Positions 55,430 through 63,659 of a DNA stretch of 64,000 nucleotides are shown here, piece by piece (position 1 is the stretch's first letter; the number at the start of each line of letters is the position of its first letter). Under the pieces are notes generated by a model. It was given only the letters and a program-made list of their open reading frames with translations. It had not been told where the DNA came from and made no database searches. The position numbers and the translations under genes are program-made. This DNA comes from Nocardioides sp. (GTDB lineage Bacteria; Actinomycetota; Actinomycetes; Propionibacteriales; Nocardioidaceae). The stretch spans positions 73,042 to 137,041 of the forward strand of contig NZ_DATLWX010000006.1 of the NCBI RefSeq assembly GCF_035576065.1, in the 5' to 3' direction.

Positions 55430-56557
55430 ATGCCCTGGATCCCGCCTGACCTCCCGACCGACCCCGACCAGAACGCGATCAACATTCTCGACGGCCTCCA
55501 GGACCGGCTCGTTGGGTGGGTGCCGACCGACGGCGACCCGTTGACTGCCTTCGCATCCGAAGTTGGTCGCGAGATCGCAGACCTCGCCGCAAACACGTTG
55601 GTCCGGATCGAGATCGGTGTCGCCGGCTGGGGTGAGACCGTGTTCGGGGTCCCGTCCCTCCAGGCGAAGCCCGCGACCGCTCTCGTCGAGCTCACCCTCT
55701 CCGCGGCAGCGACGCTCGGACCGGAGTTCGTCGTCGTCGGGAAGACCGCGGGCGGTGTCGAGGTCTCCCTCGCCCTGGTCAACATCGTCAACGCACCGAT
55801 CGGGACGTCCCAACACACGATGACCGCGATCGTCCCCGGGCAGGACGGCAACGGGATCCCGATCGGCCCGCTCACCATCGCCACCGCGACCGCGTCGGTC
55901 GTCACCGCAGTCGCGATCTCCGCCTCCACCGGCGGCACCGACGCCGAGACCCTTGCCCAGTACCTCGACCGGCTCGCCGACACCCTCGCAACCCTGCGCT
56001 TCGGTGGCGTCCGCGCCGAGGACCTCGCAGCCCTGTCTCGAGGGGTCGCCGGCGTCCACCGTGCCTTCGGAGTCGACCTCTACGACCCGGCGACACCGGC
56101 GACCCCCAAGGAGAGATCGGCAACCGTCTTCCCAGTCGGATCCGACGGACTCCCCGTGTCCGCCGGGATCAAAGCCAACCTGGCCAACTACCTCGCGACC
56201 CTGCGTGAAGTGAACTTCCTGATCTTCATCGCTGACCCCACCTACACCGCGATCACCGTCGCCTACACCGTCTCGGCCGAAGCTGGCACCACCGGCGCGA
56301 CCCTGGTGACCGAGATCAACGTCGCACTCGCCCGCTACCTGTCCCCCGCCAACTGGGGGTCCACAGACGCCGACCCGCAGGCATGGGTGAGCTCGCCGAA
56401 GGTCTTTTTCAACGACCTCATCCGCGTCATCGGCAACGTCCCCGGCGTGGCTCGCGTCGTCTCCCTCACCGTGAACGGCGGAACCGCGGACGTCACCCTC
56501 GCCGGCGTCGCACCACTCCCCGCCCCGAACGCGACGATCTCCGGGGGCATCGTGTGA
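55430..56557 (+). CDS. Baseplate J-like protein
   Basis: 375 aa. The assignment rests on position after gp25, size and an N-terminal pattern typical of gpJ/gp6-like proteins. Confidence 0.65.
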   Translation: MPWIPPDLPTDPDQNAINILDGLQDRLVGWVPTDGDPLTAFASEVGREIADLAANTLVRIEIGVAGWGETVFGVPSLQAKPATALVELTLSAAATLGPEFVVVGKTAGGVEVSLALVNIVNAPIGTSQHTMTAIVPGQDGNGIPIGPLTIATATASVVTAVAISASTGGTDAETLAQYLDRLADTLATLRFGGVRAEDLAALSRGVAGVHRAFGVDLYDPATPATPKERSATVFPVGSDGLPVSAGIKANLANYLATLREVNFLIFIADPTYTAITVAYTVSAEAGTTGATLVTEINVALARYLSPANWGSTDADPQAWVSSPKVFFNDLIRVIGNVPGVARVVSLTVNGGTADVTLAGVAPLPAPNATISGGIV

Positions 56558-57156
56558 CCGCCTTCGGTGACCGTGTCCGGGCCGGGCTGGGAGACACCCT
56601 CGTTCGCCGCTCCGGGCCCCTCCTGACGCCCGTCATCGAGGGTCTCGTCGGACCCGCGACCACCGTCGACGACCTGGTCGCCGAGACCGACGGCGGGTGG
56701 GCGGCGATCTTCGACCTCGACGTAACCCCGGCGCCCGCCACCCTGGGCGCCGCAACCGGGACCCTCATCCCCGCAGGACTCACCCTCGAGCAGCAACGGA
56801 CCTACCTCCGCGAGCAGCCCGGCCGACGCCGCGGATCCGCGTCCTCGATCATCGCCGCCGCCCGGGCCGCCGCGCCCGGTCGGCTCGTCGACCTCTTCGA
56901 GCGGCTCGGGAGCCCGTGGAATCTGGAAGTCAGGCTCACCGGCGGATCCAACGACCCCATCACCCTCGCCGCCGTCGAAACGGCCGTCCGCGCCCAGAAG
57001 CCCGTCGGGATCACCCTCACCGTGACCCTCGTCGCCGGTGCCAGCTACGACCACCTGCGACTCCATCACGGCACCACCTACGACGCCCAGGCCGCCGCCT
57101 TCGGAACCTACGACGACGAACGCACCCACCTTCCAGAGGGAGGCACGACCCCGTAA
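56554..57156 (+). CDS. Baseplate/tail protein (gpI-like position)
   Basis: 200 aa, with a GTGA overlap at 56554. Confidence 0.45.
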   Translation: MTAFGDRVRAGLGDTLVRRSGPLLTPVIEGLVGPATTVDDLVAETDGGWAAIFDLDVTPAPATLGAATGTLIPAGLTLEQQRTYLREQPGRRRGSASSIIAAARAAAPGRLVDLFERLGSPWNLEVRLTGGSNDPITLAAVETAVRAQKPVGITLTVTLVAGASYDHLRLHHGTTYDAQAAAFGTYDDERTHLPEGGTTP

Positions 57157-57899
57157 TGGCCACCAAATCCCGTGGAGTCCCGTTCCCGCTCGGCACCGAC
57201 GCCAACAACACTGCGGCAGACCTGAGCCTCCTCGCCGACTGGGTCAACGACCGGCCAGGGGTCGCGGCACTCACAACCACGGAGCGGAACGCCCTGACTG
57301 GCGCCGCGCTCTGGGATGGCCGGATCGTCCTGAACGTCACGACCGACCGGCTGAACCGCTACGACGCCGGGACGACGACCTGGGTCCAGATCGCCGACTC
57401 CGCTGATATCGCGGCACTTCTCTCGACATCCGGTCTCCCCGCCGCCAACGCCCTCACGGCATCCCGCGGGGTCTCTGCATCTGCCGCCCGAGCCGACCAC
57501 GTCCACCCAGGCGGCACACTGGGTTACTCGCAAGCGGTCGTGGACCAGGGCTCTATCGGAGGAGCGTCCGTCAACCTCACCAACCTGTCGGTTTCGGTGA
57601 CCGTGGGGACGGGACGCCGGATCAGGGTTACCGGGCACGTCTCAATGGACAACCCGACAACCGGGACGGGGCAGAGTCTCTTCATCTTCGAGGGAGCCGC
57701 CGTGCTCCAGAAGCGGTCGTTGGTGGCGGGGGCGAGCAACTTCGCAGAACTCTTGCACGCGGAGGTCGTGCTCACGCCCGCAGCCGGGGCACACACATAC
57801 AACCTTCGAGGGCTCGCCACCGCGGGGTCTAACTCCATTCTCCGTGCAGCAGCCGACACCCCTTCGTTCATCCTCGTCGAGGACATCGGTTCGGCGTGA
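57156..57899 (+). CDS. Tail fibre / receptor-binding protein candidate
   Basis: 247 aa, in the frame of track ORF 56697..57899. The ATG shares one base with the TAA stop. It is the last gene of the baseplate block. Confidence 0.5.
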   Translation: MATKSRGVPFPLGTDANNTAADLSLLADWVNDRPGVAALTTTERNALTGAALWDGRIVLNVTTDRLNRYDAGTTTWVQIADSADIAALLSTSGLPAANALTASRGVSASAARADHVHPGGTLGYSQAVVDQGSIGGASVNLTNLSVSVTVGTGRRIRVTGHVSMDNPTTGTGQSLFIFEGAAVLQKRSLVAGASNFAELLHAEVVLTPAAGAHTYNLRGLATAGSNSILRAAADTPSFILVEDIGSA

Positions 57900-57948
57900 C
57901 CACCTGACCACCTGACCACCCTCCAACAACACCCCTCGGAGACCCGCT

Positions 57949-58317
57949 ATGTCGTCATACCTGAACATCAACGAACTGGCCGCGTCGCCGACCTTCCGCG
58001 GCCGCGTCCAAGCCGCGATCGCTGTGAGAGCCGCTGGAGTCCTCGGCGAGACCGAGGACAACGCCGCAAAGGCCGCCAAGCGCCAACAGCTGGCGGCCAC
58101 GATCCTGGCCGACCCCGCAACGAAGGTGAACGCCTTCATCTGGCTCGTGGTCACCAACGACTCAGTCAAGGCGGCCGGGATGGCCACGACCGACAACGAC
58201 ATCGAGTGGGTCATCGGCTGGGCGTGGGACCAGGTCGCCGGAGTGACGAAGGCAGACCTCGCCCCAACGCCGGCGGCCTCCACCACGACGCAGACGCTCA
58301 CCACCAAGACCCAGTGA
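57949..58317 (+). CDS. Hypothetical phage protein
   Basis: 122-aa ORF. Confidence 0.45.
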   Translation: MSSYLNINELAASPTFRGRVQAAIAVRAAGVLGETEDNAAKAAKRQQLAATILADPATKVNAFIWLVVTNDSVKAAGMATTDNDIEWVIGWAWDQVAGVTKADLAPTPAASTTTQTLTTKTQ

Positions 58318-58344
58318 CCATTCGGACCCGCTCGGGAGGCGACC

Positions 58345-58602
58345 ATGAATGAGCCCAGCATGTTCGAGGTCATCCGGCGCCTTGACGAAGTGACCCGGCG
58401 CCTCGACACCCTGACCACCACCCTCGAGGACAGGTACGTCCCGCGCCGAGAGTACGAGCTCCGCGTTGGGGAACTGGAGAAGGACGCCAAGGGTCAAGAG
58501 ACGTTCCGGCGCCAGGTGTTCGGGAGCCTCATCGTCGGCGCCGTTCTGCTCCTCGCCCAGATCGTGATCTCGCTGGCCGGAACCCCGGGAGTCGGGTCAT
58601 GA
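58345..58602 (+). CDS. Coiled-coil protein with C-terminal TM anchor
   Basis: 85 aa, ...[30 protein letters not shown]-coupled to the collagen-like gene. Confidence 0.5.
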   Translation: MNEPSMFEVIRRLDEVTRRLDTLTTTLEDRYVPRREYELRVGELEKDAKGQETFRRQVFGSLIVGAVLLLAQIVISLAGTPGVGS

Positions 58603-59360
58603 GGCGCCTGAGGTTCCCGACCCCGTCGCGCCGAGCGCTGGCTATAGGTGCGTGGCTGGTGGCGTCGCTGGTCCTGGTCCTGATCGTGTGGATGCTCGTC
58701 ATCATCGGACGGCTCTCGAACGACGCAGTCGAGACGCAGAACGAACTCGATGCAGCAAAGGGCCAAGCCAGTGAGGTCTTCGGCGAGCTCGTTGAGACGA
58801 ACGCCGCCCAGGACGCCGCACTGGAGGAGGCGAACCGTCGGCTCCGCGAGGCAGGGAAGGCGCCGGTGTTCACACCGCCGACCCCCGAAGCTGTTGCCGG
58901 CGCGACCGGAGAGACAGGTGCCCGCGGACTCGTCGGTGTGACAGGGCCGGCCGGTGAGCGCGGCCCCCGCGGGTTCACCGGCAACATGGGACAGGCAGGG
59001 AAGCCCGGCGAGCCCGGCCCGCGGGGTCCTGCGGGACCTGCTGGCGAACCAGGTGCGGACGGCCAGACGGTCGTCGGCCCCGCCGGACCCAAGGGCGAAC
59101 CCGGCCCGCGGGGTGAGCCCGGCCCGCGGGGTGAGCTTGGTGAGCCCGGCCCAGCCGGTCCTGACGGGTCCCCCGGCGCCGACTCCACCGTCCCCGGCCC
59201 CCAGGGGCCCCCAGGTGAACAAGGGGTCGACGGAGCGCCGGGTCCCCCCGGCATCGTCAACGTCGTGACATCGCCCGCGTGCTCGGACCTCATGCCGAAC
59301 ATGTCCATCTCGCTGACCTACGACCCCGGCTCGCAGACCCTCACCCTCGTCTGCTCCTGA
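58599..59360 (+). CDS. N-terminally membrane-anchored collagen-like (G-X-Y) repeat protein
   Basis: 253 aa. TM segment [25 protein letters not shown], a coiled segment, about 37 G-X-Y triplets (aa 101..218) and a 35-aa Cys-containing C-terminal knob. Confidence 0.8.
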   Translation: MRRLRFPTPSRRALAIGAWLVASLVLVLIVWMLVIIGRLSNDAVETQNELDAAKGQASEVFGELVETNAAQDAALEEANRRLREAGKAPVFTPPTPEAVAGATGETGARGLVGVTGPAGERGPRGFTGNMGQAGKPGEPGPRGPAGPAGEPGADGQTVVGPAGPKGEPGPRGEPGPRGELGEPGPAGPDGSPGADSTVPGPQGPPGEQGVDGAPGPPGIVNVVTSPACSDLMPNMSISLTYDPGSQTLTLVCS

Positions 59361-59374
59361 CCGAATCCAGCCCA

Positions 59375-59401
59375 CCGCTTCACCTCGACCGAGTGAAGCG
59401 G
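59375..59401 (+). terminator. Hairpin after the collagen-like gene
   Basis: 9-bp stem CCGCTTCAC / GTGAAGCGG with a 9-nt loop, 15 nt after the stop. Confidence 0.4.
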
Positions 59402-59429
59402 GACTTCGCCATGCCCGAAGGAGATCTCC

Positions 59430-60320
59430 ATGACCGCGATCGACTGGGAGCGCCGCCTCCTGGCCCAGCAGGGCCTCGAGATCCGCCAACGTCACATCTG
59501 GGGAGCCGTCCAGGGCTACGGCAGCGACCGTGACTGCGAGGTCCCCGCCACTGCGTTCTTCCTCCACATCGCCGTCGTCGACGACCCGGGCGATCTGCTC
59601 GGCACCGAGGACCAGGTTGCCCGCAACATCGAGGCGATCGGCCAGTCCCGGTTCGGGTCCGGGATGTCGTACAACGCCCTGGCGTTCAACACCGGCCGTC
59701 TCTACGAAGCCCAGCCCCTGACCCGCCGTGGCACCCACACCGTCAACACCTTCGAGCGGACCCACTGCCCCACCCACCCCGGGTCCCTCACAGCACCGGG
59801 GTGGAACAACAACGTCAACGCACGGGCGCTGTGCCTGCCCCAACAGGTCGACGACCCGGTCACCGACGCACAGATCGACGCCGCGGCCCGGTGGGCGGCC
59901 GTACAGATCCGCGCCGGCCTCGCCGCTCCGTGGGCGCGCTGGCACGGCCACCGGTGTGTCACCGCCAAGGACTGCCCTGGCGGGAGGGCGTTCGACCGCA
60001 TCAACGAGCTGCAGGCACTGACCGAGCACTACGTGAAGAACGGACTGGAGGACATCGTGACGAAGGACGAGATGAACCAGGTGGCCGACATGGTCGTCGA
60101 CAAGCTGCTGGCCGCTGAGGTCGGTGAAGACCGAACGGTGAAGGCGGCGCTGCGCATGGCGAGCAAGGCCCCCGCGGCCGCGCGCGACCTCCAGCGCACG
60201 TTGACGGAGAAGATCCAGAGCGCGCTGCTCAGCGAGCCCGGCGACGTCGCCGTAACGGTCACCGCCGAGCAGATCGAGGAGGCGGTCAAGGCCGCTCTCC
60301 GCGAAGGCACCGGAGCCTGA
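59430..60320 (+). CDS. Endolysin: N-acetylmuramoyl-L-alanine amidase (PGRP/amidase_2-like) with helical C-terminus
   Basis: 296 aa, with AAGGAG upstream. ...AFFLHIAVVDD...SYNALAFNTGRLYEAQPL...GTHT...NARALCLP...WHGHRCVTAKDCPG. Confidence 0.7.
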   Translation: MTAIDWERRLLAQQGLEIRQRHIWGAVQGYGSDRDCEVPATAFFLHIAVVDDPGDLLGTEDQVARNIEAIGQSRFGSGMSYNALAFNTGRLYEAQPLTRRGTHTVNTFERTHCPTHPGSLTAPGWNNNVNARALCLPQQVDDPVTDAQIDAAARWAAVQIRAGLAAPWARWHGHRCVTAKDCPGGRAFDRINELQALTEHYVKNGLEDIVTKDEMNQVADMVVDKLLAAEVGEDRTVKAALRMASKAPAAARDLQRTLTEKIQSALLSEPGDVAVTVTAEQIEEAVKAALREGTGA

Positions 60321-60322
60321 CG

Positions 60323-61144
60323 GTGCGTGAGCTCGAGGTCCGCCAGGCGGTGATCAACGCCCACGGTGGCGTGATGTCTGAGCCGACAGCGAAGGAGTTC
60401 CGGACCTGGCTCGAGGTCTTCGCCGGCGACCTCGACCTGATCTTCATGAACGAGGTCACCGACCGGATCCACCGTGCAGTCGCTGCAGCACTGGGCAAGG
60501 GCTGGGAGGTGGAACGCCGGCACAACCGTCCCGGGTCCGATGAGGTCCTCCTCGCCGTCCGCAAGAGCGTCGGCCGCGTCCAGTCGACCCGGTCTCTGCC
60601 TATGGGTGGCGGCCGTTGGATCGGCCGCCACACCGGGCGGCTCCACACGGCACGGCAGATGCTCGAGGCCTGCATCGACCTCGACGTCGTCGACCTGTTC
60701 GCCGCGGTGCTCCACGCCCCACCGTCCGTCGACGTCGAAATCAAACCGGCAACCCCGCGACGCCGTCGCGGTTTCGGTGAGGGTGGGCTTCTCGGTCGCG
60801 TCGCACGTCGATTCACCGTCCTGCTCGGGAAGGCCGACCGGGTCCGCGCCTGGCGCCTCTACTGGCGACGGTTCCGCCGATGGGCCGACGGCATCAACCG
60901 GCTTGGCGTCCCCTGGGTCGCCGGTGGAGACGTCCAGGAGCCCAGGACCGCACGCGGGTGGACTTCCCCCGCCGACACGGCCGCACGCGTCTCAGGGCGC
61001 TCCTACCTCCGCGGCATCGACGGGTGGCTCGCCAGTCGTCACGTTCATGTCAAGGACATCGAGGTCCACGACCCCGCACCCGGTGGCGACCACCACGTCG
61101 TCACCTCAACTCTCGTCATCCCCATCCGAGGAGGAACAGCATGA
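60323..61144 (+). CDS. Endonuclease/exonuclease/phosphatase (EEP) family protein
   Basis: 273 aa with EEP motifs in order: VINAHGG, LIFMNEV, AAVLHAPP, AGGDVQE, GIDGWLAS, GGDHHVVTS. There is no signal peptide. Confidence 0.7.
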   Translation: MRELEVRQAVINAHGGVMSEPTAKEFRTWLEVFAGDLDLIFMNEVTDRIHRAVAAALGKGWEVERRHNRPGSDEVLLAVRKSVGRVQSTRSLPMGGGRWIGRHTGRLHTARQMLEACIDLDVVDLFAAVLHAPPSVDVEIKPATPRRRRGFGEGGLLGRVARRFTVLLGKADRVRAWRLYWRRFRRWADGINRLGVPWVAGGDVQEPRTARGWTSPADTAARVSGRSYLRGIDGWLASRHVHVKDIEVHDPAPGGDHHVVTSTLVIPIRGGTA

Positions 61145-61536
61145 CCACCACCCAGGGCACTGAGCCCACCCAGGTCCGCCAGCCACGGCGGGCAACGATG
61201 CGCACCATCTTCCAGGTCGGGATCCCGGCCATCCTGGCGTTGCCGCTGATCATCCAGGTCATCGTCGACGAGCTCGGCGGCCAGCTCCCTCCCGGCGTCA
61301 CCGCCTGGCTGGTGGCGGTCGGGGCGGTCATCACCGCGATCGCCGCGGTGCTCGCGCGGGTCATGGCTATCCCGCAGGTCGAGCTGCTTCTCCGCAGGCT
61401 CCCCGACTGGACGCTCCTCGCAGCCCAGCCTCGACCCAAGCCCTCCCCGGACGAGAACGGCCGCGCCAGCTCCGGCCTGCTCCTGGTGCTGTCCCTCGTG
61501 GCCCTCGTCATGGTCCTGAGGTGGGTCCTGACCTGA
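61141..61536 (+). CDS. 3-TM membrane protein (holin candidate)
   Basis: 131 aa, in the frame of track ORF 60880..61536, with an ATGA overlap at 61141. It has three hydrophobic helices. Confidence 0.55.
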   Translation: MTTTQGTEPTQVRQPRRATMRTIFQVGIPAILALPLIIQVIVDELGGQLPPGVTAWLVAVGAVITAIAAVLARVMAIPQVELLLRRLPDWTLLAAQPRPKPSPDENGRASSGLLLVLSLVALVMVLRWVLT

Positions 61537-61552
61537 CCAAGCACCACCGATC

Positions 61553-61584
61553 GCGCCCGTCACCCTCGTGGTGGCGGGCGCTTT
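61553..61584 (+). terminator. Terminator between convergent genes
   Basis: 12-bp stem GCGCCCGTCACC / GGTGGCGGGCGC (one G-U pair) with a 5-nt loop, followed by TTT. It sits between the 61536 stop and the 61607 stop. Confidence 0.6.
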
Positions 61585-61606
61585 CGTGCGTCTGAGTCGA
61601 GATAGG

Positions 61607-62095
61607 TCAGAGGTTCGTGCCGTTGTTCACGCCATAGACGGCCTGCGGTTCGGTGAAGCCCTCGAACTTGAGCTGGTCGATGAGGCTCTGACGCGAGAAC
61701 GATGACACCGACATGTATTCCTCAGCCTTGGCGGCGGCCTGCTCGTTCCAGTTGACCTTGAGCTGGTTCACTGCGAAGGTCGCGTCCGCCTTGGAGAAGT
61801 CCTCAAACATGAGCTGTTCGACCAGGCCCGACTGAGAGAACGCCGAGAAGCTGAGGTACTCCTCAGCCTTGGCCAGGGCATTCTCCTGGCCCCCAGTCAT
61901 TGCGGGCGCCTCCTTGGTGGGCTTCGCCTTCGGTGAGGACGAGTCCTTGGTGGAGCCATCATCCTTCTTCTCACGCTTCTCGGTGGCGCGCTCCGCGGCC
62001 GTCTTGTCGTCGGTCTCAACCGGAGCGCAGGCGCTCCCCAATGTCATCAGGATGGTGCACGCCACAGCGGCGCCGGCAGTCTGCGTGATCTTCAT
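61607..62095 (-). CDS. Ltp-family surface lipoprotein (two Ltp repeats), superinfection-exclusion candidate
   Basis: Track ORF trimmed to the ATG at 62095. MKITQTAGAAVACTILMTLGSAC (lipobox-like), a K/E-rich linker, then the repeats QENALAKAEEYLSFSAFSQSGLVEQLMFEDFSKADATFAVNQL and NEQAAAKAEEYMSVSSFSRQSLIDQLKFEGFTEPQAVYGVNN. Confidence 0.8.
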   Translation of the reverse strand: MKITQTAGAAVACTILMTLGSACAPVETDDKTAAERATEKREKKDDGSTKDSSSPKAKPTKEAPAMTGGQENALAKAEEYLSFSAFSQSGLVEQLMFEDFSKADATFAVNQLKVNWNEQAAAKAEEYMSVSSFSRQSLIDQLKFEGFTEPQAVYGVNNGTNL

Positions 62096-62211
62096 GTGAG
62101 CGGGTCCTTGAGTGTCGTGGTGACCGGGGGAGGGCCCAGTATCTACGCGGCCATCAGGCGCACACCGGGCGTTCTGGCCAGAGGCACTTATCTGCCAACC
62201 CCCAGAGAACC

Positions 62212-62227
62212 GATAACGGTAGTTATC
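62212..62227. promoter_or_regulatory. Palindrome GATAAC-ggta-GTTATC in a divergent intergenic region
   Basis: 6-bp arms. A third TTATC half-site lies at about 62188. The palindrome sits between the Ltp start (62095) and the 62301 operon. Confidence 0.35.
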
Positions 62228-62300
62228 CGTATTCGGTCCGGCGAGCCTCACCCACGGGTGTCGGTGTCGTCGGTCACCATGGAGTCATGTTCAAGACCCC

Positions 62301-62717
62301 GTGAGCCCCCAGACGCCGACCCCGCCGCCCTTCGAGCCGCCGGGCCTGCGCGACCTGATCGAGTCGTTGTCGTACAAGCCCGGCTGGACGACGTCCCTCG
62401 GACTGTTCGAGGAGGACGGCGAGGCCCGCGGCTGGGCCTTCTACGTCGTCAGCGACACCGAGAACTCCTACGACCACAGCCAGCGCATCAGGGTGCGCCA
62501 CGAGTTCCTCGTCCCCCCTGCCTCCTGGGGCCGTGACACCTGGGCGGCGTGGCTCTTCGACCGGATCCGCGACGTCGAGACCCACGAGGCCGGCGAGTTC
62601 TTCAAGTTCGACGGCTACCGCGAGTTCGCGCCGCACCACGGCAACGGTGAGGACCCCTACCGGGTCTGGCACGTCGGAGACCACGCCCAAGCCCGCAAGA
62701 AGTCGGGGCAGGACTGA
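62301..62717 (+). CDS. Hypothetical protein
   Basis: 138 aa with a GTG start. It is the first gene of a coupled operon. Confidence 0.55.
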   Translation: MSPQTPTPPPFEPPGLRDLIESLSYKPGWTTSLGLFEEDGEARGWAFYVVSDTENSYDHSQRIRVRHEFLVPPASWGRDTWAAWLFDRIRDVETHEAGEFFKFDGYREFAPHHGNGEDPYRVWHVGDHAQARKKSGQD

Positions 62718-63073
62718 TGACCGCCCCCACCGAGGGCGAGGCAACCGTCGCCGTCGACGCCGCCGCACGGAAGGCTTGGGACCTCCAGCGCGCGCAGCTG
62801 CGCGACCAAGGCTTCCCATCACCCGAGTTCGACGACCTCGACCCGATGCAGCAGCTCCAGATCCGCCAGCAGGTCCTCCCGATCGTCTGGGCCGCGCTCG
62901 AAGCCATCCCCCGGCCCAGCGAGATCCGCGCCCAAGTCGCGGAGTCGATCGAGGCCTACGCCGATAGCGAGGCCGAGCGCACTGAGTGGGACGGGGCGCC
63001 CGGGCTGCTCGGCAACTGGATCGGTGGCATCCGCGACGGCGCGAAGCTCACGCGCGGGGAGATCTCCCCGTGA
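62717..63073 (+). CDS. Hypothetical protein
   Basis: 118 aa. Its start shares one base with the preceding stop. Confidence 0.55.
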   Translation: MTAPTEGEATVAVDAAARKAWDLQRAQLRDQGFPSPEFDDLDPMQQLQIRQQVLPIVWAALEAIPRPSEIRAQVAESIEAYADSEAERTEWDGAPGLLGNWIGGIRDGAKLTRGEISP

Positions 63074-63447
63074 ACGAGCTCGCCGGCGAGACCATGCTGC
63101 GCCGGCTCCCGGTCGACGACCGGACGCGCACCACCTGCGAGGGCTGCCACGGCGAACTCGTGTGGGCGACGACGGTAGCTGGCCCGAACGGCCGCGGCGG
63201 CAAGCTCATGCCTCTGGACCCGCTCGAGAACCTCGCCGGCAACGTCGCCGTCACCACACCCCACCGCGGCCGCCTCCTGGCGCGCGTCCTCACCAAGGAC
63301 GAGGCGTTCGACCGGCCCCACGAGTACGCAGCCATGCCCCACTTCGCCAGCTGCCCCACGAGGACCAAGCCCGAGCTCCCCCAGGACGTCGTCGCGCTGC
63401 AGCAGCTCCGGCACAAGCCGCGCCGCCGCGGAGGTCGACACCGATGA
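63070..63447 (+). CDS. Hypothetical zinc-ribbon-like protein
   Basis: 125 aa, in the frame of track ORF 62986..63447, with a GTGA overlap at 63070. CEGCHGELVW...GGKLMPLDP...GNVAV...MPHFASCP. Confidence 0.55.
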   Translation: MNELAGETMLRRLPVDDRTRTTCEGCHGELVWATTVAGPNGRGGKLMPLDPLENLAGNVAVTTPHRGRLLARVLTKDEAFDRPHEYAAMPHFASCPTRTKPELPQDVVALQQLRHKPRRRGGRHR

Positions 63448-63659
63448 GTGCCGCCGACGAGGTGGGCGCGGAGTTGCTGCAGGAGGCAACGAACATCGGT
63501 TGCGCGTGGCTAGAGATCTTCGAGATGCAGGTAGGCGGCCCGGTGTTCTCGCGGGACACGGAGCGTGAGGCCTTCGAGATCGGGGTCAATGCGGGCTTCA
63601 TCGGCGCGATCCAGGCTCTCCAGAAGCGCAACCTCCTGCCCGGGCTCACCCCGGAATGA
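63444..63659 (+). CDS. Hypothetical small protein
   Basis: 71 aa, with ATGA overlaps at both ends. Confidence 0.5.
   Translation: MSAADEVGAELLQEATNIGCAWLEIFEMQVGGPVFSRDTEREAFEIGVNAGFIGAIQALQKRNLLPGLTPE

Noticed and set aside
57900-57948. Direct repeat CCACCTGA CCACCTGA CCACCC after the fibre gene
   Set aside because: It is too short and simple to interpret and is probably a chance or slippage product in an intergenic spacer.
58899-59252. Short-period DNA repeats that could suggest a repeat array
   Set aside because: The period is 9/18 bp, in frame, and encodes G-X-Y triplets. There are no spacers and no cas genes, so it is not a CRISPR array.
58494-60029. 511-aa and 259-aa minus-strand ORFs
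   Set aside because: They are antisense to the collagen-like and amidase genes. Their Gly/Pro periodicity simply mirrors the G-X-Y repeats.
61537-62300. Possible attR (copy of part of tRNA-Lys or its flank) after the lysis module
   Set aside because: I compared it by eye with 22450..22640 and found only trivial matches such as AGGGCCC. This is not an exhaustive search.
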